Part shown: positions 1-9,332 of the stretch, in pieces | Layout of the letters: every line of letters begins with the position of its first letter | Position numbering within the stretch: the stretch's first letter is position 1 | Assembly: GCA_034416335.1 (NCBI GenBank) | Contig: DAOULV010000024.1 | Location: 30,652 to 94,651 of the forward strand | Source: Dehalococcoidales bacterium | GTDB taxonomy: Bacteria; Chloroflexota; Dehalococcoidia; Dehalococcoidales; UBA2162 | Direction: 5' to 3' | DNA: 64,000 nt | Made by a program: the position numbers and the translations under genes | Notes under the pieces: generated by a model | The model's input: the letters and a program-made list of their open reading frames with translations, nothing else | Database searches by the model: none | Told to the model about the DNA's origin: nothing

Positions 1-438
1 GGCGATATACCCCTGTTCTCTGCCCTCATCGAAAAACCTGTTGACACTCTTGTTTGCTTCAACCATATACTCCGATTCGAGAAACCGGCGTATTTCAGGA
101 TCGTCCGATGATGCGGCAAGCATGAATTCGGCATGAGTCGCGGCAGCCATATCCGACTTGAAAGAAAGCAGGTCCCGGAATTTTTCTTCAAACGGTTTGT
201 CGGTCTCAAGAACGCTCCTGTATTCTTCGAGGGCACGTCTGTACCAGGCTTTTACCACCTCACGTACCAGAGCATCCTTGCTGCCGAACCGGTTATAGAC
301 AGTTGCGGGAGTAATACCTGCTTTCTGTGCTATATCACTTATGGATACTTTTTTAATCCCTTGAGTCTGGAATAACTCCAGAGCGGCTCCAAGAATTTTC
401 TGTCTGTTCTTTCCAGCCCTTTCTGTCCTGCCTGCCAT
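1..438 (-). CDS. TetR/AcrR-family transcriptional regulator (3' end runs off window; absent from ORF track)
   Basis: Manual translation from ATG at 438: MAGRTERAGKNRQKILGAALELFQTQGIKKVSISDIAQKAGITPATVYNRFGSKDALV, a classic TetR HTH. Frame is open to position 1. Confidence 0.9.
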   Translation of the reverse strand, partial: MAGRTERAGKNRQKILGAALELFQTQGIKKVSISDIAQKAGITPATVYNRFGSKDALVREVVKAWYRRALEEYRSVLETDKPFEEKFRDLLSFKSDMAAATHAEFMLAASSDDPEIRRFLESEYMVEANKSVNRFFDEGREQGYIA

Positions 439-848
439 ATCGCTGCCCTTTTACCACCATATTATTTTGTAGTATTTATATATATTATATTCATTTTATA
501 TAAATTGTCAAGCAAATATCTCAGGGCATTGCGATAAATATCGGAGTAGATAGATTCTTATCTAACCGAAATGATATTGTCTCTGTACAGATATATCGAT
601 GATTGTACATATATTGACATCAACGATTTTGGTATGTAAAATCTGTTCAATTTCATCGGCTCTGCTTCAGGGAGCCATGTACCTGATAGGGGCAACACTT
701 GGTTTCTGGATAGTAAGACCAAGCAATATATTCTGCATTTTCATGTGGGACCTCAAAAGTTTTATTACACCAGAAGAAGCAATCACACCCCTACTCCCTT
801 CAGGTTTTTCAACTTTCATGATACTGGAAGAAATACTATAATACCTAC

Positions 849-1898
849 GTGAGAAATGCAGAAGTTGAAAGATTTATCAGTAAGTTTTGTAACTTGATTA
901 GCAAACGTAATTCTATCCCTTCTAGAAGCCGTCGATTTATTCCTTCTACACTTAGAAATATTATCTACCAAGAGCTACCGAAGCGTGATAATGATAGGGA
1001 ACTAGAAGTTCGAGAATTAGCTAACTCCAACCAGCTTAACGTTTACTATGACTTAAACGACATTACGGTGTGTAAGAACTCAAGGGGAAAACTAGTCGTA
1101 GGTGTACTTGCTCCATTTTGGTCTAGGGGTCTAAGACCATTTTGCAGAGACGATTTTATATACGACGAGGTTTCTTGGTTCTTACACTTTTCAAGACAGT
1201 ATGTCGCCCGGTCTAAATTCATTGAAGTAGTTGGCTCAATCGCTTTGTCTTATAATCGAGATACTCATTTCCGAACATCAAATCTGAAATTATTTCAAAT
1301 TAGCGATTTTGGTTATGATATTAATACCGCAAAGCGCAAAGCCTTTGGTAGAAAAGCATTATCTCCCAATAATCAGTCTTCTAGACGACAAAGAGAATTC
1401 TTGTACTGGATTAAAATGATAAACGGCTTAGACCCTTTCATTCATCGGATGCTTTTCAACTATTCCAAAGCGTTACAGCTTCTACACGCTTATTTCGATG
1501 AAGAAGCAATTACTGCATTAGATAAGACCATAAATATCGCCGAACAATTTGTTCTATATCGTTTAAAACAACACTCCAAAAACCAAAGAGAACTTCTTGC
1601 AAATATATGCGGTCTTAATGCTTCGGAAAAAAATCTGCTTATCGAAATATATAAAATTCGTTGCCACTTTGGAGCCCATCCTTCTAGTAGTAAGTGGTGG
1701 GATTTTCCCGAGATATTTGACGAAGAAGACTTTGTCAGCATGTTTGAAGTTTCCAAACACCTTATACAAAAGCTCTTGTTACTTGAAATAGCCAACAGGG
1801 TAGTGGAAAAGCATCCTAGTTCGTGGTCAGACTGGTTTATGAAAAATATTGATGTCTTATATAATTCAATTTGGTTCTCTCAATATCCTTACATTTAA
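849..1898 (+). CDS. Hypothetical protein with putative C-terminal HEPN RNase domain
   Basis: 349-aa ORF in AT-rich DNA. Helical C-terminal half contains YKIRCHFGAH (R-x5-H). TATAAT at 837-842 lies 6 nt before the GTG start. Confidence 0.55.
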   Translation: MRNAEVERFISKFCNLISKRNSIPSRSRRFIPSTLRNIIYQELPKRDNDRELEVRELANSNQLNVYYDLNDITVCKNSRGKLVVGVLAPFWSRGLRPFCRDDFIYDEVSWFLHFSRQYVARSKFIEVVGSIALSYNRDTHFRTSNLKLFQISDFGYDINTAKRKAFGRKALSPNNQSSRRQREFLYWIKMINGLDPFIHRMLFNYSKALQLLHAYFDEEAITALDKTINIAEQFVLYRLKQHSKNQRELLANICGLNASEKNLLIEIYKIRCHFGAHPSSSKWWDFPEIFDEEDFVSMFEVSKHLIQKLLLLEIANRVVEKHPSSWSDWFMKNIDVLYNSIWFSQYPYI

Positions 1899-2028
1899 TT
1901 ATCTGCGTTCCAGTCTATCGAAATAATCCGAGCAGCAGTAGAATTTTCCTGTGCGTGTTTTTGATTTCGATAATTCGCGGTGATACAATACGCTCAAACG
2001 ACCGGAGAGGATATAGACGGAGGAACGG

Positions 2029-3078
2029 ATGGCGGAAAAGAAGAATCCCCGGCTGACTGAGAGCGTAAGAGGGGCAGGCTGAGCCTCGAAGATAGGTCCG
2101 GGCGACCTGGACAAAGTACTCTGCGACCTGCCGCTGCTGAGCAACCCGAATGTCATCCGCGGTATGGAATCTCTGGACGACGCGGGAGTCTACAAACTTA
2201 CCGACGAGCTGGCTATCATCCAGACCGTCGATTTCTTTACGCCCATAGTCGACGACCCGTACATGTTCGGCCAGATTGCCGTCGCCAACGCCCTCAGTGA
2301 TGTTTACACGATGGGCGGTAAGCCGCTGACGGCGATGAACATCGTATGCTTCCCCATCGACAATATGGACCTGTCGATTCTCAAGCATATACTGCTCGGC
2401 GGAATCGATAAAATGAGGGAAGCCAGTGTTACGCTGGTGGGCGGGCACAGTATCAATGATAACGAGCTCAAGTACGGGCTTTCGGTCACGGGCATGGTAC
2501 ACCCGGATAAAATGATAACCAACTCCGGCGGCGTGAAGGGAGACAGGATAATCCTTACCAAGCCCCTCGGAACCGGGATTATCAATACGGCTGCCAAGTC
2601 TGAAAAGGCGGATGAAAACACCATAAGGACGGTAACCGCGAGTATGGCGGCGCTGAACGATAGAGCATCCGCTCTCGCACAGGAAGCAGGGCTTCACGCC
2701 TGTACTGATGTAACCGGGTTTGGCTTCCTCGGCCATACTGCCCAGATGGTCAGAAACAGCGGGATAAGTATAGAAATAGATTCTTCGGCGGTCCCGCTTT
2801 TCCCGGACGCGGCGGAACTGGCATCGCAGGGAATGCGTCCGGCGGGACTCAACAGGAATCGGGATTTTTACTCGCCGTACGTGGAGATTTCCGATAAAGT
2901 GCCGTCCAACGTACAGGACGTGCTGTACGATCCGCAGACCTCCGGCGGACTGCTGATTATCGTCGAACCCTCAAAAGCCGACAGTCTGGTGAAGAAGATG
3001 AAGCAGGCCGGAGTAAAAGACGCAGTCGTCATCGGTGAAGTGACCGGAGAATCGAGCGGAAAGATAACCGTAAGTTAA
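2029..3078 (+). CDS. selD: Selenide, water dikinase (selenophosphate synthetase), selenocysteine-containing
   Basis: RBS GGAGG precedes ATG 2029. MAEKKNPRLTESVRGAG-UGA(2080-2082)-ASKIGPGDL continues in frame into the 2164 ORF (DDAGVY, QTVDFFTP, DPQTSGGLL). The UGA sits at the catalytic Cys/Sec position. Confidence 0.95.
2083..2112 (+). promoter_or_regulatory. Putative bacterial SECIS hairpin
   Basis: AGGTC-CGGGC-GACCT stem-loop (2094-2108) begins 11 nt 3' of the in-frame UGA and has G residues in its apical loop. Confidence 0.6.
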
Positions 3079-3159
3079 CCTGTTTTTACGGTAAAAGATA
3101 AATAAATAACTATACGGTCGGTAGTTGCCGACCGTACGGCTTTAGAAAGATACCGGATA

Positions 3160-4341
3160 TTGGAAACTTCGAAAAACAGCCTGTTCAAAGATAGAAACCT
3201 GCTGATAGTGTTCGGGGTAACCCTGATGGCGGTACTCGGGGTAGCCAGCGTGACGCCTGCGTTCCCAACGATACAGAAGGAACTCGGGATAACACCCAAC
3301 CAGGTAGGTCTGCTGATTACGTTTTTCACCCTGCCGGGAGCGCTATTGACTCCTGTGATCGGGGTGATGGCTGACAGGTACGGCAGGAAGAAAATACTGA
3401 TACCATCACTTATCCTGTTTGCCGTAGCAGGAACAGCCTGTACTTTCGTCCGGGACTTCAATCTCCTGCTCTGGATGAGGGCTCTCCAGGGTATCGGTGC
3501 CGCATCCCTTGGCTCGATAAACAGCACCATAATAGGCGACCTTTACGACGGAAAGAGACGCGTCGAAGCGATGGGGCTGAATGCCAGCGTGCTGAGTATC
3601 GGTGTGGCTTCATACCCTTCTATCGGCGGCGCAATGGCCCTGCTGGGATGGCATTATCCTTTCCTTCTCTCCGCCCTCGCTTTGCCGATAGGAATACTCG
3701 CCCTGATGTTTTTAAAGAACCCCGAACCCCGGACTTCACAGACCATAAAAGAATACCTCAGCGGAACATGGGGACACCTTAAAAGCCTGAAAATACTCGG
3801 GCTGTTCTCCGCCGGCATGCTTTCGTTTATTATCCTTTACGGTGCCTATCTAACCTATTTCACAATCCTGATGGGAGAGAAGTTCAATGCATCCTCTCTT
3901 ACCATCGGTATCATTATGTCGGTGGCATCGTTGAGTAATGCCGCCACCGCATCACAGCTTGGCAGAATAAACAGACGATTTTCCCTGCCGACTATCATAA
4001 AATTCTCTTTTACCGTCTATGCTATATCGATGTTTATCGTGCCTTTCGTTTCCAACCTCTGGCTCCTCCTGATACCCGCAATATTCAGCGGTATTGCCAA
4101 CGGGGCAACCCTGCCAAGTATACAGACGTCGGTAGCCGAGCTAGCTCCGATAGAGTACCGGGGAGCATTCATGTCTCTGAATAATATGATGCTGAGACTG
4201 GGACAGACCCTCGGACCGCCGCTTATAGGAATCGCCTACGTATACGGTGGAATCAACGCTACTTTTTTCACGGCATCCGCTATTTCCCTGCTGGCACCGA
4301 TTACGGCTATTGTGTTCGGCATGATAAGGAAAAACCGGTAA
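3160..4341 (+). CDS. MFS transporter (DHA1/Bcr-like)
   Basis: About 12 hydrophobic segments and MFS motif A (GVMADRYGRK). Confidence 0.9.
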   Translation: METSKNSLFKDRNLLIVFGVTLMAVLGVASVTPAFPTIQKELGITPNQVGLLITFFTLPGALLTPVIGVMADRYGRKKILIPSLILFAVAGTACTFVRDFNLLLWMRALQGIGAASLGSINSTIIGDLYDGKRRVEAMGLNASVLSIGVASYPSIGGAMALLGWHYPFLLSALALPIGILALMFLKNPEPRTSQTIKEYLSGTWGHLKSLKILGLFSAGMLSFIILYGAYLTYFTILMGEKFNASSLTIGIIMSVASLSNAATASQLGRINRRFSLPTIIKFSFTVYAISMFIVPFVSNLWLLLIPAIFSGIANGATLPSIQTSVAELAPIEYRGAFMSLNNMMLRLGQTLGPPLIGIAYVYGGINATFFTASAISLLAPITAIVFGMIRKNR

Positions 4342-4447
4342 GAATATAAACCTGATTCCAGTAGTTGACCGAACTGGTCGATTATAGCAATCCGGATTCT
4401 GTTATGATATTCTAATACTATCAACGGGATATATATGAGGAGGCTAC

Positions 4448-5233
4448 ATGCAGCTCGATGATGTAATCATATCAAGGGCGATAACGGAGACCTTTATTAA
4501 AGATTTTACCGACGCCATGGATGTAGATGTTGCTGTAGTCGGCGCCGGACCGGCGGGAATGACGGCAGCCTACTACCTGGCTAAAAGCGGTGTGAAAACC
4601 GTGCTGTTCGAGAGACAGCTTAAGGTCGGCGGAGGTATGCCCGGCGGCGGAATGATGTTCAATCACATCGTGGTCCAGAAAGAAGGTAAAAAGCTGCTAG
4701 ATGAATTCGGTGTCGCCACCAGGGAATATGAAAAAGGGTATTATACGGCAGATTCCGTTGAAGCTACAGCCGTTATCTGTTCGAAAGCAATAAAGGCCGG
4801 AACCAAGATTTTCAATCTGATAAGCGTGGAAGACGTGATGATAAGAGAAGAAGACAGGGTGACCGGCCTGGTATTGAACTGGAGCGCTACTACAATCGCA
4901 AAACTGCATGTCGATCCTCTTTCCATCCGGGCTAAGGTGGTAATCGACTCGACCGGACACGCCTGTGAGGTGTGCCACATCGTCGTTAACAAGATAGGTC
5001 CGAAACTCCGTACGCCGAGTGGCCGGGTCGAGGGTGAAAAGCCGATGTGGGCGGACGTGGCGGAAAGCATGATAATGGACAATACGAAGGAAGTATACCC
5101 CGGGCTGATAGTAGCCGGTATGGCGGCAAATGCTGTCAGCGGCACACACCGGATGGGACCTATTTTCGGCGGAATGCTGGTTTCAGGCAAGAGAGCGGCG
5201 GAAATTGCGCAGGAAATCCTGGCAGGCAAATAG
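4448..5233 (+). CDS. thi4: Sulfide-dependent thiazole synthase, non-Cys (His) Thi4
   Basis: [49 protein letters not shown] motifs. Confidence 0.93.
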   Translation: MQLDDVIISRAITETFIKDFTDAMDVDVAVVGAGPAGMTAAYYLAKSGVKTVLFERQLKVGGGMPGGGMMFNHIVVQKEGKKLLDEFGVATREYEKGYYTADSVEATAVICSKAIKAGTKIFNLISVEDVMIREEDRVTGLVLNWSATTIAKLHVDPLSIRAKVVIDSTGHACEVCHIVVNKIGPKLRTPSGRVEGEKPMWADVAESMIMDNTKEVYPGLIVAGMAANAVSGTHRMGPIFGGMLVSGKRAAEIAQEILAGK

Positions 5234-5259
5234 CCGGTTTCACTCTGTAGACAGGAACT

Positions 5260-6345
5260 ATGAATAAAAAACGCGCAGCGGTGGCAATGAGCGGGGGTGT
5301 CGACTCTTCTGTTGCCGCCGCTCTTCTTAAGGAAAAAGGATTCGAGGTAACCGGCGTAACAATGAAAGTCTGGGATGGTGAAGAAACTCCCGAAGTACAG
5401 ATACGAGATTCATGTTACGGTCCCGGTGAAGCGGAAAATATAGAAAACATTCGTAAGGTGACCGATACCCTCGGCATTCCCTTTCATGTTATCGACCTGA
5501 GAGATGAATTCTGTAAGGAAGTGCTGGAATATTTCAAAGCCGAGTACCTGTCAGGCAGAACACCGAATCCATGCCTGAGGTGCAATACCAGGATAAAGTT
5601 CGAAGCCCTGGTTAAGAAGGCTGAGGAAAGTGGAATCGAATTCGACTATTTTGCTTCAGGACACTACAGCAGAGTAGAATATAATAAAGAGATTGACCGC
5701 TATCTGCTGAAAAAGGGGAAAGATAAAAGCAAAGACCAGTCTTATTTCCTTGCTTTCCTGACCCAGCACCAGCTCAGCCGGGCTCTTTTCCCGGTCGGAG
5801 AATATACCAAGCAGGAAGTAAGAGACCTGGCCCGGAATTACGGGTTGAGTGTAACGGAAAAAGAGGAAAGCCAGGACTTTATCGCCGCCGGATACCAGTC
5901 GATTATTAAAGAAATGCCTCCCGGTGAGATAAAGGACGGAGAGGGAATTGTTCTCGGTGAACACCGGGGAATTCCGAACTATACTATCGGACAGCGAAAA
6001 GGACTGGGAATATCTACCCGGGAGCCTCTATACGTAACGGATATAGACGCTGACACCAATGTCATTACGGTGGGACCAAAGGAAGACATCTATAACGATG
6101 AACTGGTTGCAGCGGGCTTTAACTGGATTGCTGTTGACAAACCGGAAAGTGAGATGGAGGTTAAGGCAAAAATAAGATCGTCGCAGGAGGAAACGGAAGC
6201 GACTCTTATCCCGATTAATAGTGACAGGATTAAAGTAAAATTCAGAGAACCACAGATGGCAATAACCCCCGGTCAGGCGGTCGTATTCTATAACGACGAC
6301 ATTGTCTTGGGAGGGGGAACGATAGAGAGGAGCGGCGGAGATTAA
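5260..6345 (+). CDS. mnmA: tRNA 2-thiouridine(34) synthase
   Basis: AMSGGVDSS PP-loop, TPNPCLRCN, ASGHY, KDQSYFL, YTIGQRKGLG, ITPGQAVVFY. Confidence 0.95.
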   Translation: MNKKRAAVAMSGGVDSSVAAALLKEKGFEVTGVTMKVWDGEETPEVQIRDSCYGPGEAENIENIRKVTDTLGIPFHVIDLRDEFCKEVLEYFKAEYLSGRTPNPCLRCNTRIKFEALVKKAEESGIEFDYFASGHYSRVEYNKEIDRYLLKKGKDKSKDQSYFLAFLTQHQLSRALFPVGEYTKQEVRDLARNYGLSVTEKEESQDFIAAGYQSIIKEMPPGEIKDGEGIVLGEHRGIPNYTIGQRKGLGISTREPLYVTDIDADTNVITVGPKEDIYNDELVAAGFNWIAVDKPESEMEVKAKIRSSQEETEATLIPINSDRIKVKFREPQMAITPGQAVVFYNDDIVLGGGTIERSGGD

Positions 6346-6346
6346 A

Positions 6347-6781
6347 ATGGCAAAGATACTGGCAGTATGCAAAAGCAGGCAAAAGGGTACGAAGAAAAAT
6401 GATGTCAAGGAAGGTGTATTCCTCGTGGACTACGGTATGGAGGATGACGCACACGCCGACTCAACCAGTCACCGCCAGGTAAGCCTGATGGCTATCGAGA
6501 GTATCAAGAAAATGCAAGACCTCGGGCTGGATGTGGGCCCTGGCGATTTCGCGGAAAACCTGACCGTTGAAGGTATGGACATGGTATCCCTGCCCATAGG
6601 TACGGAGGTCGCGGTAGGAGACGAAGTCAGGCTGGAGATAACGCAGATAGGCAAGGAATGCCATACCAAGTGCGCTATCTACCGCCAGGTCGGGCAATGT
6701 ATAATGCCCGAAGAAGGAGTTTTTACAAGAGTTATACAGGGTGGAAAGATAAAAACGGGAGACGAGATTAAGGTAGTATAG
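6347..6781 (+). CDS. MOSC domain protein
   Basis: GMEDDAHA, RQVSL, PGDFAENL, ITQIGKECH..C, MPEEGVF motifs. Confidence 0.9.
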   Translation: MAKILAVCKSRQKGTKKNDVKEGVFLVDYGMEDDAHADSTSHRQVSLMAIESIKKMQDLGLDVGPGDFAENLTVEGMDMVSLPIGTEVAVGDEVRLEITQIGKECHTKCAIYRQVGQCIMPEEGVFTRVIQGGKIKTGDEIKVV

Positions 6782-7579
6782 ATGGGTTCCGAGACAGAAA
6801 AGATTCAAATATTACGCCTCACGGAAGAAAGCCGGGAGAGTATCGAAGATACCATAGTCAGGGAATCTCCGATTACCATTATGCTGAATAACGAGGAACT
6901 GGTGACGATGCTCTGTTCGCCCGAAAATTTCGATTACCTCGCAGTCGGATTCCTTTTTTCGGAAGGTATTCTCGAATTAAAAGATGAAATAAAGAACGTA
7001 CTGGTGGATGAAAACAGAGGTATAGTACGGGTCAGCACAAAGGAAGATAAAGACTACAACAACGAGTTCCTTTTCAAGAGAATGATTACCTCCGGCTGCG
7101 GCAGAGGTGCTTCTTTCTACAGGGCGACCGACGCTGAAAACCGCGAGCAGATAAAGTCCGGTACAAAGATATCCACGGGAGAAGTACTTTCCCTTATGAA
7201 GGAATTCCAGCATAAATCGGAAGTTTTCAGAGAAACAGGCGGCGTCCACAGCGCCGCCCTTTGCGATACGAAGAACATCCTGATATTCCGGGAGGATATC
7301 GGCAGGCATAATGCCATCGATAAGATATTCGGCGAATGTGTAATGGAGGATATCCCCACCGAAGGACGGGTGGTGGTTACCAGCGGCAGAGTTTCATCGG
7401 AGATACTGCTGAAGGTTTCGAGGAGAAATATCCCTATTATCATCTCCAAATCAGCTCCCACCAACCTGGGAGTCCGGCTCGCCAGCGAACTCGGTATGAC
7501 ACTGCTTGGATTCGCCAGGGGAAAACGGGTAAATGTCTACACCAACGACTGGAGGATAACCGATGATGGAAGCCGGTAA
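6782..7579 (+). CDS. fdhD: Formate dehydrogenase accessory sulfurtransferase
   Basis: LAVGFLFSEG, TSGCG, TGGVHSAAL, EDIGRHNAIDK, TSGRVS motifs. Confidence 0.95.
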   Translation: MGSETEKIQILRLTEESRESIEDTIVRESPITIMLNNEELVTMLCSPENFDYLAVGFLFSEGILELKDEIKNVLVDENRGIVRVSTKEDKDYNNEFLFKRMITSGCGRGASFYRATDAENREQIKSGTKISTGEVLSLMKEFQHKSEVFRETGGVHSAALCDTKNILIFREDIGRHNAIDKIFGECVMEDIPTEGRVVVTSGRVSSEILLKVSRRNIPIIISKSAPTNLGVRLASELGMTLLGFARGKRVNVYTNDWRITDDGSR

Positions 7580-8483
7580 TCCGGGAATCATTGAGAAAAT
7601 ACAGAAGCTGAAAAAGGATAGAAACGCGCTTCTCCTGGTACATAATTACCAGCTCGGTGAGGTACAGGACATAGCCGATTTCTCCGGAGATTCGCTGGAA
7701 TTAAGCAGGAAAGCGGCGGCCAGCGATGCCGATGTAATCGTCTTCTGCGGAGTCCATTTTATGGCTGAAACGGCCGCCATACTCAATCCGGACAGGACGG
7801 TACTCCTTCCGGATTTACACTCAGGCTGCCCGATGGCGGATATGATAACCGCCGAGCAGTTAAGAGAACTGAAAAAACAGCACCCGACGGCAAAGGTTAT
7901 CTGTTACGTGAATTCAACCGCCGAGGTAAAAGCCGAATCGGATATATGCTGTACCTCAGCTAACGCAGTTAAAATAGTCGAAACGCTCAAGGAAGCCGAA
8001 GAAATCATTTTCGTCCCCGACCAGTACCTGGGAAGCTATGCCGCCGAACAGGCCGGACGAGAGATGATTCTCTGGCCCGGATACTGCCCTACCCACGCCA
8101 GGATATTACCCAGTGATATACAGAAGAGAAAAGAGGAGCACCCGAACGCTGTTGTAATAGTGCACCCCGAGTGCAAAGTAGAAACAAAAGCCCTTGCCGA
8201 CGCAATACTGAGTACCGGACAGATGGTAAAATACGCCCGGGAGACAGATGCCAGAGAGATAATTGTCGGAACTGAAATCGGATTACTGCACCGTCTCCGC
8301 AAAGAAAATCCCGGGAAGACCTTCATCCCGGTTACCGAACAGGCAGTCTGTCCCCGAATGAAACTCATTACGCTTGAAACCGTGTTATGGTCGCTTGAGA
8401 ATATGAAGAACCGTGTCGAGGTACCGAAAGAAATCCGGATAAAAGCGAAGAATGCGGTAGACAGAATGCTGGAGGTCCGGTAA
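7563..8483 (+). CDS. nadA: Quinolinate synthase
   Basis: VHNYQ, VFCGVHFMAE, GCPMAD, YVNS, CCTSANA, HPEC, GTE, CPRMK motifs. Confidence 0.96.
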   Translation: MMEAGNPGIIEKIQKLKKDRNALLLVHNYQLGEVQDIADFSGDSLELSRKAAASDADVIVFCGVHFMAETAAILNPDRTVLLPDLHSGCPMADMITAEQLRELKKQHPTAKVICYVNSTAEVKAESDICCTSANAVKIVETLKEAEEIIFVPDQYLGSYAAEQAGREMILWPGYCPTHARILPSDIQKRKEEHPNAVVIVHPECKVETKALADAILSTGQMVKYARETDAREIIVGTEIGLLHRLRKENPGKTFIPVTEQAVCPRMKLITLETVLWSLENMKNRVEVPKEIRIKAKNAVDRMLEVR

Positions 8484-8508
8484 TTTAAATTCTGTAGAAG
8501 GCTGGCAA

Positions 8509-9306
8509 CTAACCTCCCACTTCCTTGAGCTGATACCTGAGTTTTCCCGCCGGAGCGTTAATCTCTACCATTTCACCCGGTTGTTTACCGATAACGGCTT
8601 TGCCTATGGGAGAAACGCTTGAAATTCTACCGGCGGCAGGGTCAGCTTCCCTGGGGCCGACCAGCGTGTAACGTATTTCAGTCCCTTTTTCAGCATCGGC
8701 CAGGACGAACGTCTTACCGATATCAACTCCCTGAGATGCTTTTTTAGTATCTACTATCACGGCGGCTTTCAGGGTCGCTTCTATCTCGATAATACGGCCT
8801 TCCAACATACCACGTTTTTCTCTGGCGGCATGGAGAGGTGCGTTTTCACGAAAATCCTTATCCGCTGCCGCTTTCGTCATTTCCTCGATAGCTTCCTGCC
8901 GCTGCTCTTTGAGTGACTCAAGCTCAGTCTGGAGCTTCTCGTACCCTTCTTTAGTAACGGATATGGGTTCATAGGTTTCCTTTCTAACAGCCGGTGCAGC
9001 TCTGGTTTTTCCCTTCTTGGCTTTAAGATGAGTCCCCAGGTTGGTTTTGGTCCATCCTTTCTTCCTGGCGTAACTGAGGAAAGTCCTCACCAGTGCCAGT
9101 TTTTCGGCATGATTTGCGTCCGAGCGTGATGCATGTTCGGCATAGTTATCGATTTCCGAAGGATTCAGGCTGTCAATAACTTTATCTCGACCGAACCAGC
9201 GTATAAACTTGTAAATTTCCTGTTGACTCGCCCCTCTGTTTTCAGCTTTAAGACTCGCCAGAAAAATACTGGCAGCTTCACCGAGGTTAGGGCTCCGGTC
9301 GTTCAT
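8509..9306 (-). CDS. greA: GreA-family elongation factor with an extra N-terminal helical (integrase core-binding-like) domain
   Basis: C-terminal half: VTKEGYEKLQTELE, DFRENA, ISSVSPIGKA. About 100-aa N-terminal helical extension followed by a Lys-rich linker. Confidence 0.85.
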   Translation of the reverse strand: MNDRSPNLGEAASIFLASLKAENRGASQQEIYKFIRWFGRDKVIDSLNPSEIDNYAEHASRSDANHAEKLALVRTFLSYARKKGWTKTNLGTHLKAKKGKTRAAPAVRKETYEPISVTKEGYEKLQTELESLKEQRQEAIEEMTKAAADKDFRENAPLHAAREKRGMLEGRIIEIEATLKAAVIVDTKKASQGVDIGKTFVLADAEKGTEIRYTLVGPREADPAAGRISSVSPIGKAVIGKQPGEMVEINAPAGKLRYQLKEVGG

Positions 9307-9332
9307 TCAAATACCTCCGGAAATATAAATAT

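Noticed and set aside
133-375. 80-aa + strand ORF from the track
   Set aside because: Shadow of the TetR gene on the minus strand.
599-841. 80-aa + strand ORF upstream of the HEPN-like gene
   Set aside because: No RBS or recognisable motif. It lies in AT-rich intergenic DNA and may be spurious.
1915-2736. 273-aa minus-strand ORF and the many other antisense ORFs over known genes
   Set aside because: They overlap well-supported genes on the opposite strand or frame and show no motifs.
4342-4447. Possible TPP riboswitch upstream of thi4
   Set aside because: No GCTGAGA or CCTGA/GGGAA consensus blocks, only a short hairpin.
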